Source: an uncultured Pseudomonadota bacterium (GTDB lineage: Bacteria; Pseudomonadota; Alphaproteobacteria; RF32; CAG-239). From it: 32,991 nucleotides of DNA. Positions 1-8,931 of the stretch are shown here, one piece after another. Made by a program: the position numbers and the translations under genes. The DNA is taken from positions 1 to 32,991 of the forward strand of contig CADBSM010000046.1 in NCBI GenBank assembly GCA_902797315.1, given 5' to 3'. Position 1 is the stretch's first letter; the number at the start of each line of letters is the position of its first letter. The notes beneath the pieces were generated by a model. That model saw only the letters and a program-made list of their open reading frames with translations, did no database searches and was not told where the DNA came from.

Positions 1-1
1 A

Positions 2-751
2 TATTGTATTTTTGCAACATTAAATTATGCGGATGCGGCAAGATATTGCGGTTATAATGAAGATGAAAAAGATTCTGTCGGCTTTGTACATCATTATCAA
101 AAACATCCTGATCAAAAATATTATCCAGACTATGGTCATGAATTGAACATGGCGGCTGAAACAGACCCTGATAAACAAGTTGAGACAATAGTTTCACCAA
201 AAGCCAACCCGCATTTGGGCACAGAATTATATATGGGCAAGCGGACATTTATTATGCCGGAAGATGAAGAATGGATTATTGTGAAAGAATGGTATCGCGC
301 AACATATTTTCCAAACAACGAGAACATGAAAAACCGTCGCTTAAATATTATAGCTGATGCCCAAAAGAATGGCGGCAGACCTTTAACATATATGCCGACA
401 AACATTGAAGTGGCAAATCTATTGCAGGATAATTATCAAAAAGATCCGAAAGAGCTTAAAGAGTTAAGCTATGATGTTATTGCCAAAGATTTATACGAAA
501 AGCTTGAAATAGCAAAGGAATTAGAGTGTATACAGGCAAAAGAACAGCAACAACAATGGCTAAAACCTTCCAAAGAACTGGACTATGATATTGTCGCAAA
601 AGAGCAATCGTCCAAAAATAGTATTAAAAAGTTTCGCTTTTATAAAGAACTTGTCCGCAAAATCAAAAATCCTGAAAAAATTTCAGCACAAAACAAAAAA
701 GAGATTATTCCTCCTTGTATTGATGAGAAAATCTTTGAAAAACACTTTTGA
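2..751 (+). CDS. Hypothetical protein, 5'-partial; possible ADP-ribosyltransferase-like N-terminal region and a charged C-terminal region with a short duplicated motif
   Basis: The frame of ORF 143..751 is open from position 2 (YCIFATLNYADAARYCGYNEDEKDSVGFVHHYQKHPDQKYYPDYGHELNMAAE...), so the true start lies upstream of the window. It ends at TGA 749-751, followed by a 16-bp inverted repeat. Confidence 0.7.
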   Translation, partial: YCIFATLNYADAARYCGYNEDEKDSVGFVHHYQKHPDQKYYPDYGHELNMAAETDPDKQVETIVSPKANPHLGTELYMGKRTFIMPEDEEWIIVKEWYRATYFPNNENMKNRRLNIIADAQKNGGRPLTYMPTNIEVANLLQDNYQKDPKELKELSYDVIAKDLYEKLEIAKELECIQAKEQQQQWLKPSKELDYDIVAKEQSSKNSIKKFRFYKELVRKIKNPEKISAQNKKEIIPPCIDEKIFEKHF

Positions 752-777
752 TATTTTTCTTTTGTAAAAGTCTGTCC

Positions 778-816
778 AAACTCAAATTATTTTGTTAATA
801 AAAATAATTTGAGTTT
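778..816. terminator. Inverted repeat between convergent genes, probable bidirectional terminator
   Basis: AAACTCAAATTATTTT (778-793), 7-nt loop, AAAATAATTTGAGTTT (801-816): a perfect but AT-rich 16-bp stem. Confidence 0.6.
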
Positions 817-1570
817 ATCTGTGTTGGGAATTGTGTCGTTGCATTAAGTTCCAGGATAATGCATTTTGAACATATTTTTCGGCCTTTTCAAAAGAAAAAG
901 TGCCGTTTTCTTTCAATTTTCCTTCAGCATCAATAAAGACATTTCCAACAGCCACTTTTGCAATTTTTTGAAGCTCTTGTGTCACGTTTTCAGGCGAAAT
1001 TCCGCCGGCGTAGCCTTGAAAGACATCATCAAAAAGAGGCTTTTGCCTTTTTTCAGGCAATACGCCTTCGCCAAAAGAATCGTCAAATAATGCGTCAAAT
1101 TGGATGCCTTGATGATGCATTTTATAAATAAACGGTAAGTTGGTTTTGCTCGCAGATACAATAACACGATGGTCTGAAAGTTGCTCTATAGATTTTTTGA
1201 GCTTTTGAATATCAGGAGCAATTTGCTCATTTTCAAAAATTTCACGTCCGATTTTAAAATTGAGTTGTAAACGTCCAACGGCAGAAGAGTGTTTTTTAAG
1301 ATATAAAACTTCTTTTGGAATATTGCCACTGCAAAAAGAAACAGCAAAACCTTCATTTAAGTGTAGAGCAATGCGTCCAATGATGTTTTCTTGATCAAGT
1401 TTTGAGGTTAATTCTTTCAGCCATTCAAAACGATCTGTACCATATCCGGCTTTTTTGGGTGAGCACTGAACACCCAACTCAAGATTGGGATGTTTTTTTA
1501 AGAATAAAATAGTCTCTTGAATATCATTTTTTTCATTAACACCAGAGCAAACAACCGTTTTTAAAAACAT
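815..1570 (-). CDS. Phosphoribosylanthranilate isomerase (TrpF)-like TIM-barrel protein of unknown function
   Basis: C-terminal LFDDSFGEG, GYAGGISPENV and VFIDAEGKLK match the TrpF-type pattern LLD..GGTG / LAGGL.PENV / GVDVSSGVE. The N-terminus is not canonical TrpF and no trp genes are nearby. Confidence 0.6.
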   Translation of the reverse strand: MFLKTVVCSGVNEKNDIQETILFLKKHPNLELGVQCSPKKAGYGTDRFEWLKELTSKLDQENIIGRIALHLNEGFAVSFCSGNIPKEVLYLKKHSSAVGRLQLNFKIGREIFENEQIAPDIQKLKKSIEQLSDHRVIVSASKTNLPFIYKMHHQGIQFDALFDDSFGEGVLPEKRQKPLFDDVFQGYAGGISPENVTQELQKIAKVAVGNVFIDAEGKLKENGTFSFEKAEKYVQNALSWNLMQRHNSQHR

Positions 1571-1605
1571 TTAAAGATCCCTCATTGAAAGTATGTTTGA
1601 GCGAA

Positions 1606-1634
1606 ACCATAGCAGATAGAGCACAAAAATACAA
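1606..1634 (-). promoter_or_regulatory. Putative sigma70 promoter for the TrpF-like gene
   Basis: Minus strand TTGTAT-N17-TATGGT with a TGn extended -10; GAGGGA RBS upstream of the ATG. Confidence 0.5.
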
Positions 1635-1668
1635 GAATTTTTTATCTACGTAAAAGGAACAAATTTTA

Positions 1669-3030
1669 CTAAACACTAAAAATAGTTTCAACCTTTTTAA
1701 TGCCATTCGGTGCAACAAGAATAATGACGGAATCTTCAAGTTCAAAACTTGTTTCAGAATTTGGAAAAATAATTTGATTTTTTCGTATTAAAGCCAAAAT
1801 TTTACATTTGTCAGGCATCGAAATTTCAGAGACCTTTTTGCCTTCAAGCAAAGTATCTTTTTTAAGCTTAAGCTCCCAGATTTCAGCAAAACCGCGTCCT
1901 AGTGAATAGGCGCTCATAATATTAGCATGACGAATATCTTGTAAAATTTTTGAGATTGTTGCTGTTGACCTGTCAATAATAGTGTTATCCTTCATTTGGT
2001 TGGTTAAATGATCGTAAGTGTGTGAATTGACTAAAGAAATAGTGTTTAAAACACCATTGTTTTGAGCTAAAAGAGAAATTAAAAGATTGTCTTTGTCTTG
2101 TGATGTAACAGAAACAACAGTATCCGCACGGTCTAAATCTGCATCGTTTAAAATAACATCGCTCATCATCTCACCATAAATCACAATTGTTCGAGATAAA
2201 TGCTCAGAAAGTTCATGTGCGGCATTCATATTGTTTGTGATGACCTTAATGCTTGCGATATTATCATTGTCTTCTAAATGTCTCGCAATATCATATGAAA
2301 TGGCATTGCCTCCGAAAATAACAATATTTTCTGGATTTTTCTGCGAAGCATTAAAAATGCGCAAAACTTTAGCAATATCGTCTGACAAAGCTAAAATATA
2401 AATTTCATCATGCGGTAAAATATGCTCTGACCCTTTTGGGTAAAAATTTGTGCCATCACGCAAAATTTGTACGACAGAAAAAGTTAATTCCGGAAAATTT
2501 CGATATAATTCATCAATTTGAAATTGGTACAACGGACATTCTTTAGTGCACTTGAGGCAAATCAGCTGGAGTAAGTTATCGGCAAAGCTATAAACCTCTT
2601 TTGTGCCAGGAAAAGATATCAAACGCAAAATATTGCTGGCAATTTCTTGATCTGGAGAAATAACTAGATCTACCGGTAAACTTTTTTCATTGTATAGAGT
2701 GTTCCATAAGGGGCTTAAAAAATATTCAGAATCGACGCGAGCGATTTTTTTCTTGACACGAAATAGTGTGTAAGCCACTTGACAAGCCACTAAATTGACT
2801 TCATCGTTATCTGTCGCTGAAATTAGAATGTCAGCTACTTCTGCTCCGATTTTTTCTTGAATATCAGGTCTTGAAATAGACCCTAAAACAGGCTGTACGT
2901 CAAATTCTTTCACAATTTCATCAAGCCTTTCCTGATTCGTGTCGACAACAATAATATCATTATTGGCTCGGCTCAAATAAGAAGTAATACTCTTTCCAAC
3001 GTTTCCGGCACCGCCGACGATAATTTTCAT
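1669..3030 (-). CDS. trkA: Trk system potassium uptake protein TrkA
   Basis: 453 aa with two RCK-N/RCK-C pairs (MKIIVGGAGNVG..., IVIFGGNAI), ATDNDEVNLVACQVA and KKKIARV motifs; ATGA overlap with the dusB stop. Confidence 0.95.
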   Translation of the reverse strand: MKIIVGGAGNVGKSITSYLSRANNDIIVVDTNQERLDEIVKEFDVQPVLGSISRPDIQEKIGAEVADILISATDNDEVNLVACQVAYTLFRVKKKIARVDSEYFLSPLWNTLYNEKSLPVDLVISPDQEIASNILRLISFPGTKEVYSFADNLLQLICLKCTKECPLYQFQIDELYRNFPELTFSVVQILRDGTNFYPKGSEHILPHDEIYILALSDDIAKVLRIFNASQKNPENIVIFGGNAISYDIARHLEDNDNIASIKVITNNMNAAHELSEHLSRTIVIYGEMMSDVILNDADLDRADTVVSVTSQDKDNLLISLLAQNNGVLNTISLVNSHTYDHLTNQMKDNTIIDRSTATISKILQDIRHANIMSAYSLGRGFAEIWELKLKKDTLLEGKKVSEISMPDKCKILALIRKNQIIFPNSETSFELEDSVIILVAPNGIKKVETIFSV

Positions 3031-4004
3031 AGGCTCTCTCCCGTTAAAGTGTGTTTGAAAAAATTTTCAATTTCATGAATTGCTTGAGTAAAATCTGAAA
3101 TCTTCATATACGCTTCTCTGAATTTTTTAGCTTCAAAAAAGTTTTTAGAATACCAACATACATACTTGCGAGACAGACCAAGGGCAGTATTGGGTCCATA
3201 GTAATCACGCAAATAATAAATATGTTTTAAAAGTGTTTGATAAATGTCTTTTTTTTGAGCTAAGGCAAGTTCTTTTTGTTCTAAAGTGTTGCAAATGTCG
3301 GCTAAGAGCCACGGATTACCAAGAGCAGCGCGCCCGAGCATAACAGCATCACAGTTGGTTGTTTGAAACATCTCTAAAGCCCTTTGAGGAGTTGTAATAT
3401 CGCCATTACCGATTACGGGAATTTGGATAGCTTCTTTAACTTGTTTGATGATACGCCAATCAGCTGTTCCTGTATATCCTTGAGCTTTTGTACGTCCATG
3501 TACAGTAACAAAAGAGGCGCCACTTTGTGCGCACATTTTGGCAAATTCGACAGCGTTAATGTGTTCATTATCCCAACCTTTTCTGAATTTAACACTAACC
3601 GGTAAATGTGTTGAATGTACAGTTTTTTCAATGATTTGAGAGGCTCTTGGTAAATCCTTCATCAAATCAGAACCGGCGTGACTTGCAATAATTTTACGCA
3701 CCGGACAACCCATATTAATATCAATACCGGCAGCACCTAAGTCAGTGACAAGTTTTGCAGCGTCTTCAAAAAGCAGCGGATCTCCCCCCATCAGCTGAAC
3801 AATCACAGGATATGGCTCAGATCTAACATCTGCAATTTTATATGTCTTGGCATTTTTATAAGATAAAGCATTGACGGCAACCATTTCAGATACAAACCCA
3901 ACTCTTCCGCCTGTTAATTCAAAGACAATACGTCGCATGGGTATATCTGTGATACCGGCCATTGGCGCTAAAAAAACTTTATGAGATAATTGCAGCATAT
4001 GCAT
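3027..4004 (-). CDS. dusB: tRNA-dihydrouridine synthase DusB (NifR3 family)
   Basis: LAPMAGITD, IDINMGCP, VSVKFRKGW, VTVHGRT, IGNGDI and VMLGRAALGNPW motifs. Confidence 0.95.
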   Translation of the reverse strand: MHMLQLSHKVFLAPMAGITDIPMRRIVFELTGGRVGFVSEMVAVNALSYKNAKTYKIADVRSEPYPVIVQLMGGDPLLFEDAAKLVTDLGAAGIDINMGCPVRKIIASHAGSDLMKDLPRASQIIEKTVHSTHLPVSVKFRKGWDNEHINAVEFAKMCAQSGASFVTVHGRTKAQGYTGTADWRIIKQVKEAIQIPVIGNGDITTPQRALEMFQTTNCDAVMLGRAALGNPWLLADICNTLEQKELALAQKKDIYQTLLKHIYYLRDYYGPNTALGLSRKYVCWYSKNFFEAKKFREAYMKISDFTQAIHEIENFFKHTLTGESL

Positions 4005-6082
4005 TAACCTAATTTGTCAAGGGCTCTTGCCATAATATAATAGATTTTTCCAACTTCAGAGCTTGAAATCATTGCTAGCGCAATTTGAGGGTTTTGAGAC
4101 TGTTCTGCAGCTTTTAACAGTGCTTCAAATTCACGCAAGTAGCGATCAGTAATTTCCCTGAAATCTGTATTGTTTTCGTAATATTCTCTAATTTTAATAA
4201 CTTCTTTGCGCCCGAGTTTTTTGACCATATTGTGTGCAAATGCGCCATGATCACCATTATAGAACTTTTTCCACAAATCATCTTCGCTGTCTTTATCAAA
4301 AAAGCGATTAATATCTATGGAAAGATTTTCAAGGTTTTCAATGATAATGGCAATCTGATCCATAAAATTTGTCAGTCCAAGTTCTTGATATTTTGATTTA
4401 ATTTGTTCTAAAGACTGTTCAGCTTTTATCCTTAAATCTTCAATTTGTTTGAATTGTTCTGTAAACAACTTCTGGTATTGTGTCATCTGTTCTTGAAACT
4501 GATTAAAAACATCAACAGATTTTTGTTGAGTTGAAGCCAGTTGCTCAGAAACAAAGCTCATCTGATGTTTGAGACTATCGACATTTTCTTGTGCTTTGAG
4601 CAAAGACGCCTGACTTTCAAGGATAGTTTCAGATCCTTCTTTGCCTTTGGCAACAATAATGTTTGCATTTTCAGAAAGTTGTAATGTGTTTTTTTCAAGA
4701 ATAGCATTAACTTCATTAAACCGATCTATTGCCTCGACAGATCTGAGTTTCAAATCATCAACTTTCAGACCCAAATCAGATGAGACACCAGCAATGCGTT
4801 TTGAGATTTTTTCAGCCGCTGTTTGAACTTGGTCGTTTTGTTTTTCAGTCGTTTCAATAAATCCAGAAAGTTTCTGAACTTCTTTTGAAAGGCCAGCTAA
4901 AACATTTTGAATGTTTTGAATAGCTTGTTCTGATTTGAGGGTTAAACTGTTGTTGGCTCCGCCTAAAATTTCTTCTATTTTTTGCCCTGCTTGTTGGAGC
5001 TTTTCTGTCTGTTCTTGAAAATTGAGATCAAAAGAGGAGGCGCGTTCAACCATGGCAGAAACTTCCATGCTGATTAATTTACCGTATTGACCTAATTTAG
5101 CATCTAAGAAGTTTGCATTTTTATCAATTAAAGCAGCTTGTTCTGAAGCAAGTTCTTTGTGCGTTTTAAGACTGTTTTCTATGTGCGAAATGCCCCCGTC
5201 AATTTTGCTGTAAATGTTTTCACAACTGTCAGCTGTTTGCAACATGGCTTTTTCGAACTTAGAGGTTTGAACTTGGAGCATATCAGCTAAATTTTCCATG
5301 CTCTTCTTACCAACATTTGTAAACGTTTCAAGATCTGATTTTGTCTGAGATATTTGGATGTTGGCATCATCAACAGTTGATTTGAGATGTTCAACTGTAA
5401 CCATGGTTTCATCAATAAGCGGATTGAGCTTAGAATAAATGCAATCTGAGCTTTGTTGCAAACTTTCAGTGCTGTGCTTGAGCTCATCGGAAACCTTGAC
5501 AGCTTCTTGTGATAGAGATCGACACAACTCAAGATATTGGTTTTTATTTTCATCTAAGCGCATTAAATTTTGTTGAAAAGTTGACTGTAAAGTTTTGGAA
5601 ATATCTGCAAAATCTGCCGCTTTTGTATTCATTTCCTTTTTTAAGGTATCCGCCTGTGCTGATAAAAATTGTATTGTTGTATTCAATTCTGCTATCTGAC
5701 TTTGTAAAGCCTTATTGATAATTTTTGAGAGAAGATTGTCATCTTTCGTTTTTAAAAACTTATTGAGCGTTTGTTCCACAATCTCATTTTGCTTTAAGGC
5801 AGAATATGTTTTTCTGAAATAAACAAGCAAAAGAAAAATCAAAAGAGGACAAATCAAAAAAGAAGTCAAAAATAAAACAAAATCAGCCGGCATTAGAGCG
5901 GATAGAGATGAAAATCCATAGAAGAATTGTAAATAAATAAACACAGCAAAAACCCAAAATACAGCTAAAGTCAGTAATGTTTTCATTAAAGGATGTGAGT
6001 TTCCATTAATGTGCTGATTTTCTGTGATTTGTTCAGATTCACCTTCCAAAAATTCGGGGATTTTTCTTTCATTTTCAGTCAT
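4004..6082 (-). CDS. TipN/GPR(RgsE)-like membrane-anchored coiled-coil polar scaffold protein
   Basis: Two N-terminal TM helices, about 500 aa of amphipathic coiled coil, and a C-terminal domain (LWKKFYNGDHGAF...FREITDRYLREFEALL...SSEVGKIYYIMARALDKL) resembling the conserved C-terminus of TipN/GPR-type proteins. TAATG overlap with dusB. Confidence 0.75.
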   Translation of the reverse strand: MTENERKIPEFLEGESEQITENQHINGNSHPLMKTLLTLAVFWVFAVFIYLQFFYGFSSLSALMPADFVLFLTSFLICPLLIFLLLVYFRKTYSALKQNEIVEQTLNKFLKTKDDNLLSKIINKALQSQIAELNTTIQFLSAQADTLKKEMNTKAADFADISKTLQSTFQQNLMRLDENKNQYLELCRSLSQEAVKVSDELKHSTESLQQSSDCIYSKLNPLIDETMVTVEHLKSTVDDANIQISQTKSDLETFTNVGKKSMENLADMLQVQTSKFEKAMLQTADSCENIYSKIDGGISHIENSLKTHKELASEQAALIDKNANFLDAKLGQYGKLISMEVSAMVERASSFDLNFQEQTEKLQQAGQKIEEILGGANNSLTLKSEQAIQNIQNVLAGLSKEVQKLSGFIETTEKQNDQVQTAAEKISKRIAGVSSDLGLKVDDLKLRSVEAIDRFNEVNAILEKNTLQLSENANIIVAKGKEGSETILESQASLLKAQENVDSLKHQMSFVSEQLASTQQKSVDVFNQFQEQMTQYQKLFTEQFKQIEDLRIKAEQSLEQIKSKYQELGLTNFMDQIAIIIENLENLSIDINRFFDKDSEDDLWKKFYNGDHGAFAHNMVKKLGRKEVIKIREYYENNTDFREITDRYLREFEALLKAAEQSQNPQIALAMISSSEVGKIYYIMARALDKLG

Positions 6083-6176
6083 GTCTTCTCCAACCTATTT
6101 TAGAACAACTGAGGGTCATTTTAAGCTTATTTACTAATAATTCAATGATTTTTACAGCTTTTCACATAAAAAAGAT

Positions 6177-7286
6177 TTAACCTTCTTCTTTAATCAGCAT
6201 AACGGTTATTCCAAGAGATAAAACAATAATCGTCGGTGACCATACGGCAAGCCATATAGGGATATATCCATTTAAGCCAAAAGCATAAATCAGCTGTGAG
6301 CTGAAATAAACCATAAAACCAGTTATGATACCAACAACAATCATAAAAACAACACCTCCCTGCCTAACACTAGGCATTAAGGAAAAAAGAGCAGAGACCA
6401 AAACCATAGCAACAAGCAAAAAGGGTGAAGCCCAAAGAGCTAAATACCGCATCTGATGCCTCGAAGCTGAAAAGCCAGAAGATTCATAAAACTGAATTGT
6501 ATCTGGTAATTCCCAAAATGAAATAGCATCAGGATCAACAAAATTTTCTTTTATTCTTTGGGGCGTAATAGATGTCTGATATTCATAAGTCTGCAATGTT
6601 TCAGTTTGTTGTCCACTTTTAAAGATTTGCACGCCTCTGATCTTAAAATGTTGATTTTGTAATTCTCCGATTAAGCCTTCAATCCGTCTGATAATTTGAC
6701 TGTTGTGATCCATCTCAAGAATACTGATATCGCGCATTGAAAGCATATCATCTTTCTCTTGTCTCAAAGATTTTGCCTGAACAACTAATATTTTATCTTT
6801 TCCTTCAGCTTCTCTAATCCACAGACCTTTGCTGGAAAAAAGCATGGCACTAGGATCTCGAGTGATAAAACGATACTTCAAGGTTGCATGCATTTCATAC
6901 ATTTTGGAAGATATAGGATTAATCAGAGTAATATTGATAAGTCCGACAATAAAAACAGATATTAAAATCGGAAATAAAAATCCCCATACAGATACACCAG
7001 AAGATCTGATGATGACATATTCATTGCTTTTGCTGACTTTCCAAAAAGTAATCATAGCGGCAACCATCATCACAAATGGCAGAACTTTGTCTATTGTTTC
7101 AGGCAGTTTTGTTAAGGCATATTTGACAACATAATCCATACCTGTGTCATCACGTCCTGAAATACGGCGCAAGGCCTCGATAGAATCAAACATCATAATG
7201 ATTCCCATAATGGTAACAAGAACCATCAAAAATGTTAAGATGATTTGTTTTGACAGGTATCTTCCGAGTATTGAATTAACTTTCAT
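6177..7286 (-). CDS. lptG: LPS export ABC transporter permease, LptF/LptG family (LptG-like)
   Basis: 3 TM + periplasmic domain + 3 TM; SNEYVIIRSSGVS, GLWIRE and C-terminal LAVWSP motifs typical of alphaproteobacterial LptG. Confidence 0.85.
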   Translation of the reverse strand: MKVNSILGRYLSKQIILTFLMVLVTIMGIIMMFDSIEALRRISGRDDTGMDYVVKYALTKLPETIDKVLPFVMMVAAMITFWKVSKSNEYVIIRSSGVSVWGFLFPILISVFIVGLINITLINPISSKMYEMHATLKYRFITRDPSAMLFSSKGLWIREAEGKDKILVVQAKSLRQEKDDMLSMRDISILEMDHNSQIIRRIEGLIGELQNQHFKIRGVQIFKSGQQTETLQTYEYQTSITPQRIKENFVDPDAISFWELPDTIQFYESSGFSASRHQMRYLALWASPFLLVAMVLVSALFSLMPSVRQGGVVFMIVVGIITGFMVYFSSQLIYAFGLNGYIPIWLAVWSPTIIVLSLGITVMLIKEEG

Positions 7287-7304
7287 TAAGTTCTTTCTAA
7301 GATA

Positions 7305-8240
7305 TTAAACCTCACGGTTAAAATAACTCAATGAGAGATATCTCTCAATGGCATCGGCAAAGATAACCACAACATTTTTATTTTTAGCTTCATTGCGTTT
7401 AGCAAAATTAATGGCGGCTTTTAGAGCCGCGCCAGCAGATATGCCTATGGCGAGACCTTGTAAGGTTGCACAAGCTTGAGAATAATGAAATGCGTCGTTA
7501 TCGGAAACATCAATAATTTCATCAACAAGTTTTTGTTCATAAAATGGTGGAATAAAATTAGCCCCGATACCACCGATTTGGTGCGAGGCAGGGGCTCCGC
7601 CGATTAAAACAGGACTTGCTGACGGTTCAACGGCAATGACATATAAGTCTGGATTGTAAGTTTTTAAAACACGGCTGATTCCTGTGATTGTTCCGGCAGT
7701 TCCAACACCTGCAACCAAAACATCAACATTACCATCAGTGTCTTTAATGATTTCAGAGGCAGTTGTTAAACTGTGGGCTTCCGGATTAGCTTCATTTTCA
7801 AATTGGTTGAGGATAATCACATTTTTATTTTTTTGAGCTAAAAGTTGAGCTTTTTGAATTGAACCTTTCATGCCGTCTTCTTTGGGTGTTAAAATAACAT
7901 CTGCACCAAACTGACGAATCATTTTAACACGTTCAACACTCATGTTTTCAGGCATGATAATCACAAGTTTATAGCCTTTTGCGGCACACATTGCCGCAAG
8001 TCCAATTCCTGTGTTTCCAGAAGTGGCTTCCACAAAGATCGTATCTTTTGTTATTTGTGTAAATGGCACCTTTTCAAGCATATGTTTGGCTATACGATCT
8101 TTAATCGAAAATGCCGGATTAAAAAATTCGCATTTACCATATAGCTTAGCCTTTAACTTGTATGCGCGTTCAATTGATTTTAAACGAACCAAGGGGGTGT
8201 TTCCAACAAGATCTTCAACTGATTGATATATTTTTGCCAT
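7305..8240 (-). CDS. cysK: Cysteine synthase A (O-acetylserine sulfhydrylase)
   Basis: VGNTPLV, PLP lysine in SIKDRIA, EATSGNTGIGLA, GVGTAGT and ERYLS. Confidence 0.92.
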   Translation of the reverse strand: MAKIYQSVEDLVGNTPLVRLKSIERAYKLKAKLYGKCEFFNPAFSIKDRIAKHMLEKVPFTQITKDTIFVEATSGNTGIGLAAMCAAKGYKLVIIMPENMSVERVKMIRQFGADVILTPKEDGMKGSIQKAQLLAQKNKNVIILNQFENEANPEAHSLTTASEIIKDTDGNVDVLVAGVGTAGTITGISRVLKTYNPDLYVIAVEPSASPVLIGGAPASHQIGGIGANFIPPFYEQKLVDEIIDVSDNDAFHYSQACATLQGLAIGISAGAALKAAINFAKRNEAKNKNVVVIFADAIERYLSLSYFNREV

Positions 8241-8263
8241 GATGTTATTCTAAAAATTAAGTT

Positions 8264-8926
8264 TTATTTGCTGTTTGCTTCTTCTATTAAGCTGTTAACA
8301 AAAGATTCCATTCCTTGTTGGCGTACGCGTTTCATGCGTTCACAAGAAATAATACGTTGAATTTTTTTGACTGTTTCATCAACATCGACATTGACGATAA
8401 CGTAGTCAAATTCGTTCCAGTGTTTTATTTTTTCAGCGATTAAATTCATGCGCTTTTCAATTACGTCAAGGCTGTCTGTTTTTCTGTTTTCAAGACGTCT
8501 CCTAACTTCCTTAACCGAAGGCGGCAACAAATAAATTGATACGACCTTATCAGGCGCTTTTTGCCTCATTTGCTGCATACCGATCCAGTCTAAATCAAAA
8601 ATAACGTCTTGTCCGACATTAATAAAACTATCTACTTCAGAACGCAATGTTCCATATCGAGAGCCATATTGAGAATCAACATATTCATAAAATGCATCTT
8701 GTTTTAAAAGCTCATCATATTTTTCATTTGAGATATAATAGTAATCAACCCCATCTTTTTCCCCTTCGCGTTTTGGTCGGGTAGTGACGGAAATAGAAAA
8801 CTTGAGATTAGAATCTTTGGCTAAAAGATCTTTGATGACCGTTGTTTTTCCTGTTCCTGAGGGGGCTTCAATAATAAACATTGCGCCAATTCGAGTGTTT
8901 TTTAAATAATCTCTAATGTCTGACAT
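8264..8926 (-). CDS. gmk: Guanylate kinase
   Basis: P-loop APSGTGKTT, SISVTTRPKREGEKDGVDYY, YGT, LLPPS. Confidence 0.96.
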   Translation of the reverse strand: MSDIRDYLKNTRIGAMFIIEAPSGTGKTTVIKDLLAKDSNLKFSISVTTRPKREGEKDGVDYYYISNEKYDELLKQDAFYEYVDSQYGSRYGTLRSEVDSFINVGQDVIFDLDWIGMQQMRQKAPDKVVSIYLLPPSVKEVRRRLENRKTDSLDVIEKRMNLIAEKIKHWNEFDYVIVNVDVDETVKKIQRIISCERMKRVRQQGMESFVNSLIEEANSK

Positions 8927-8931
8927 TCTTT

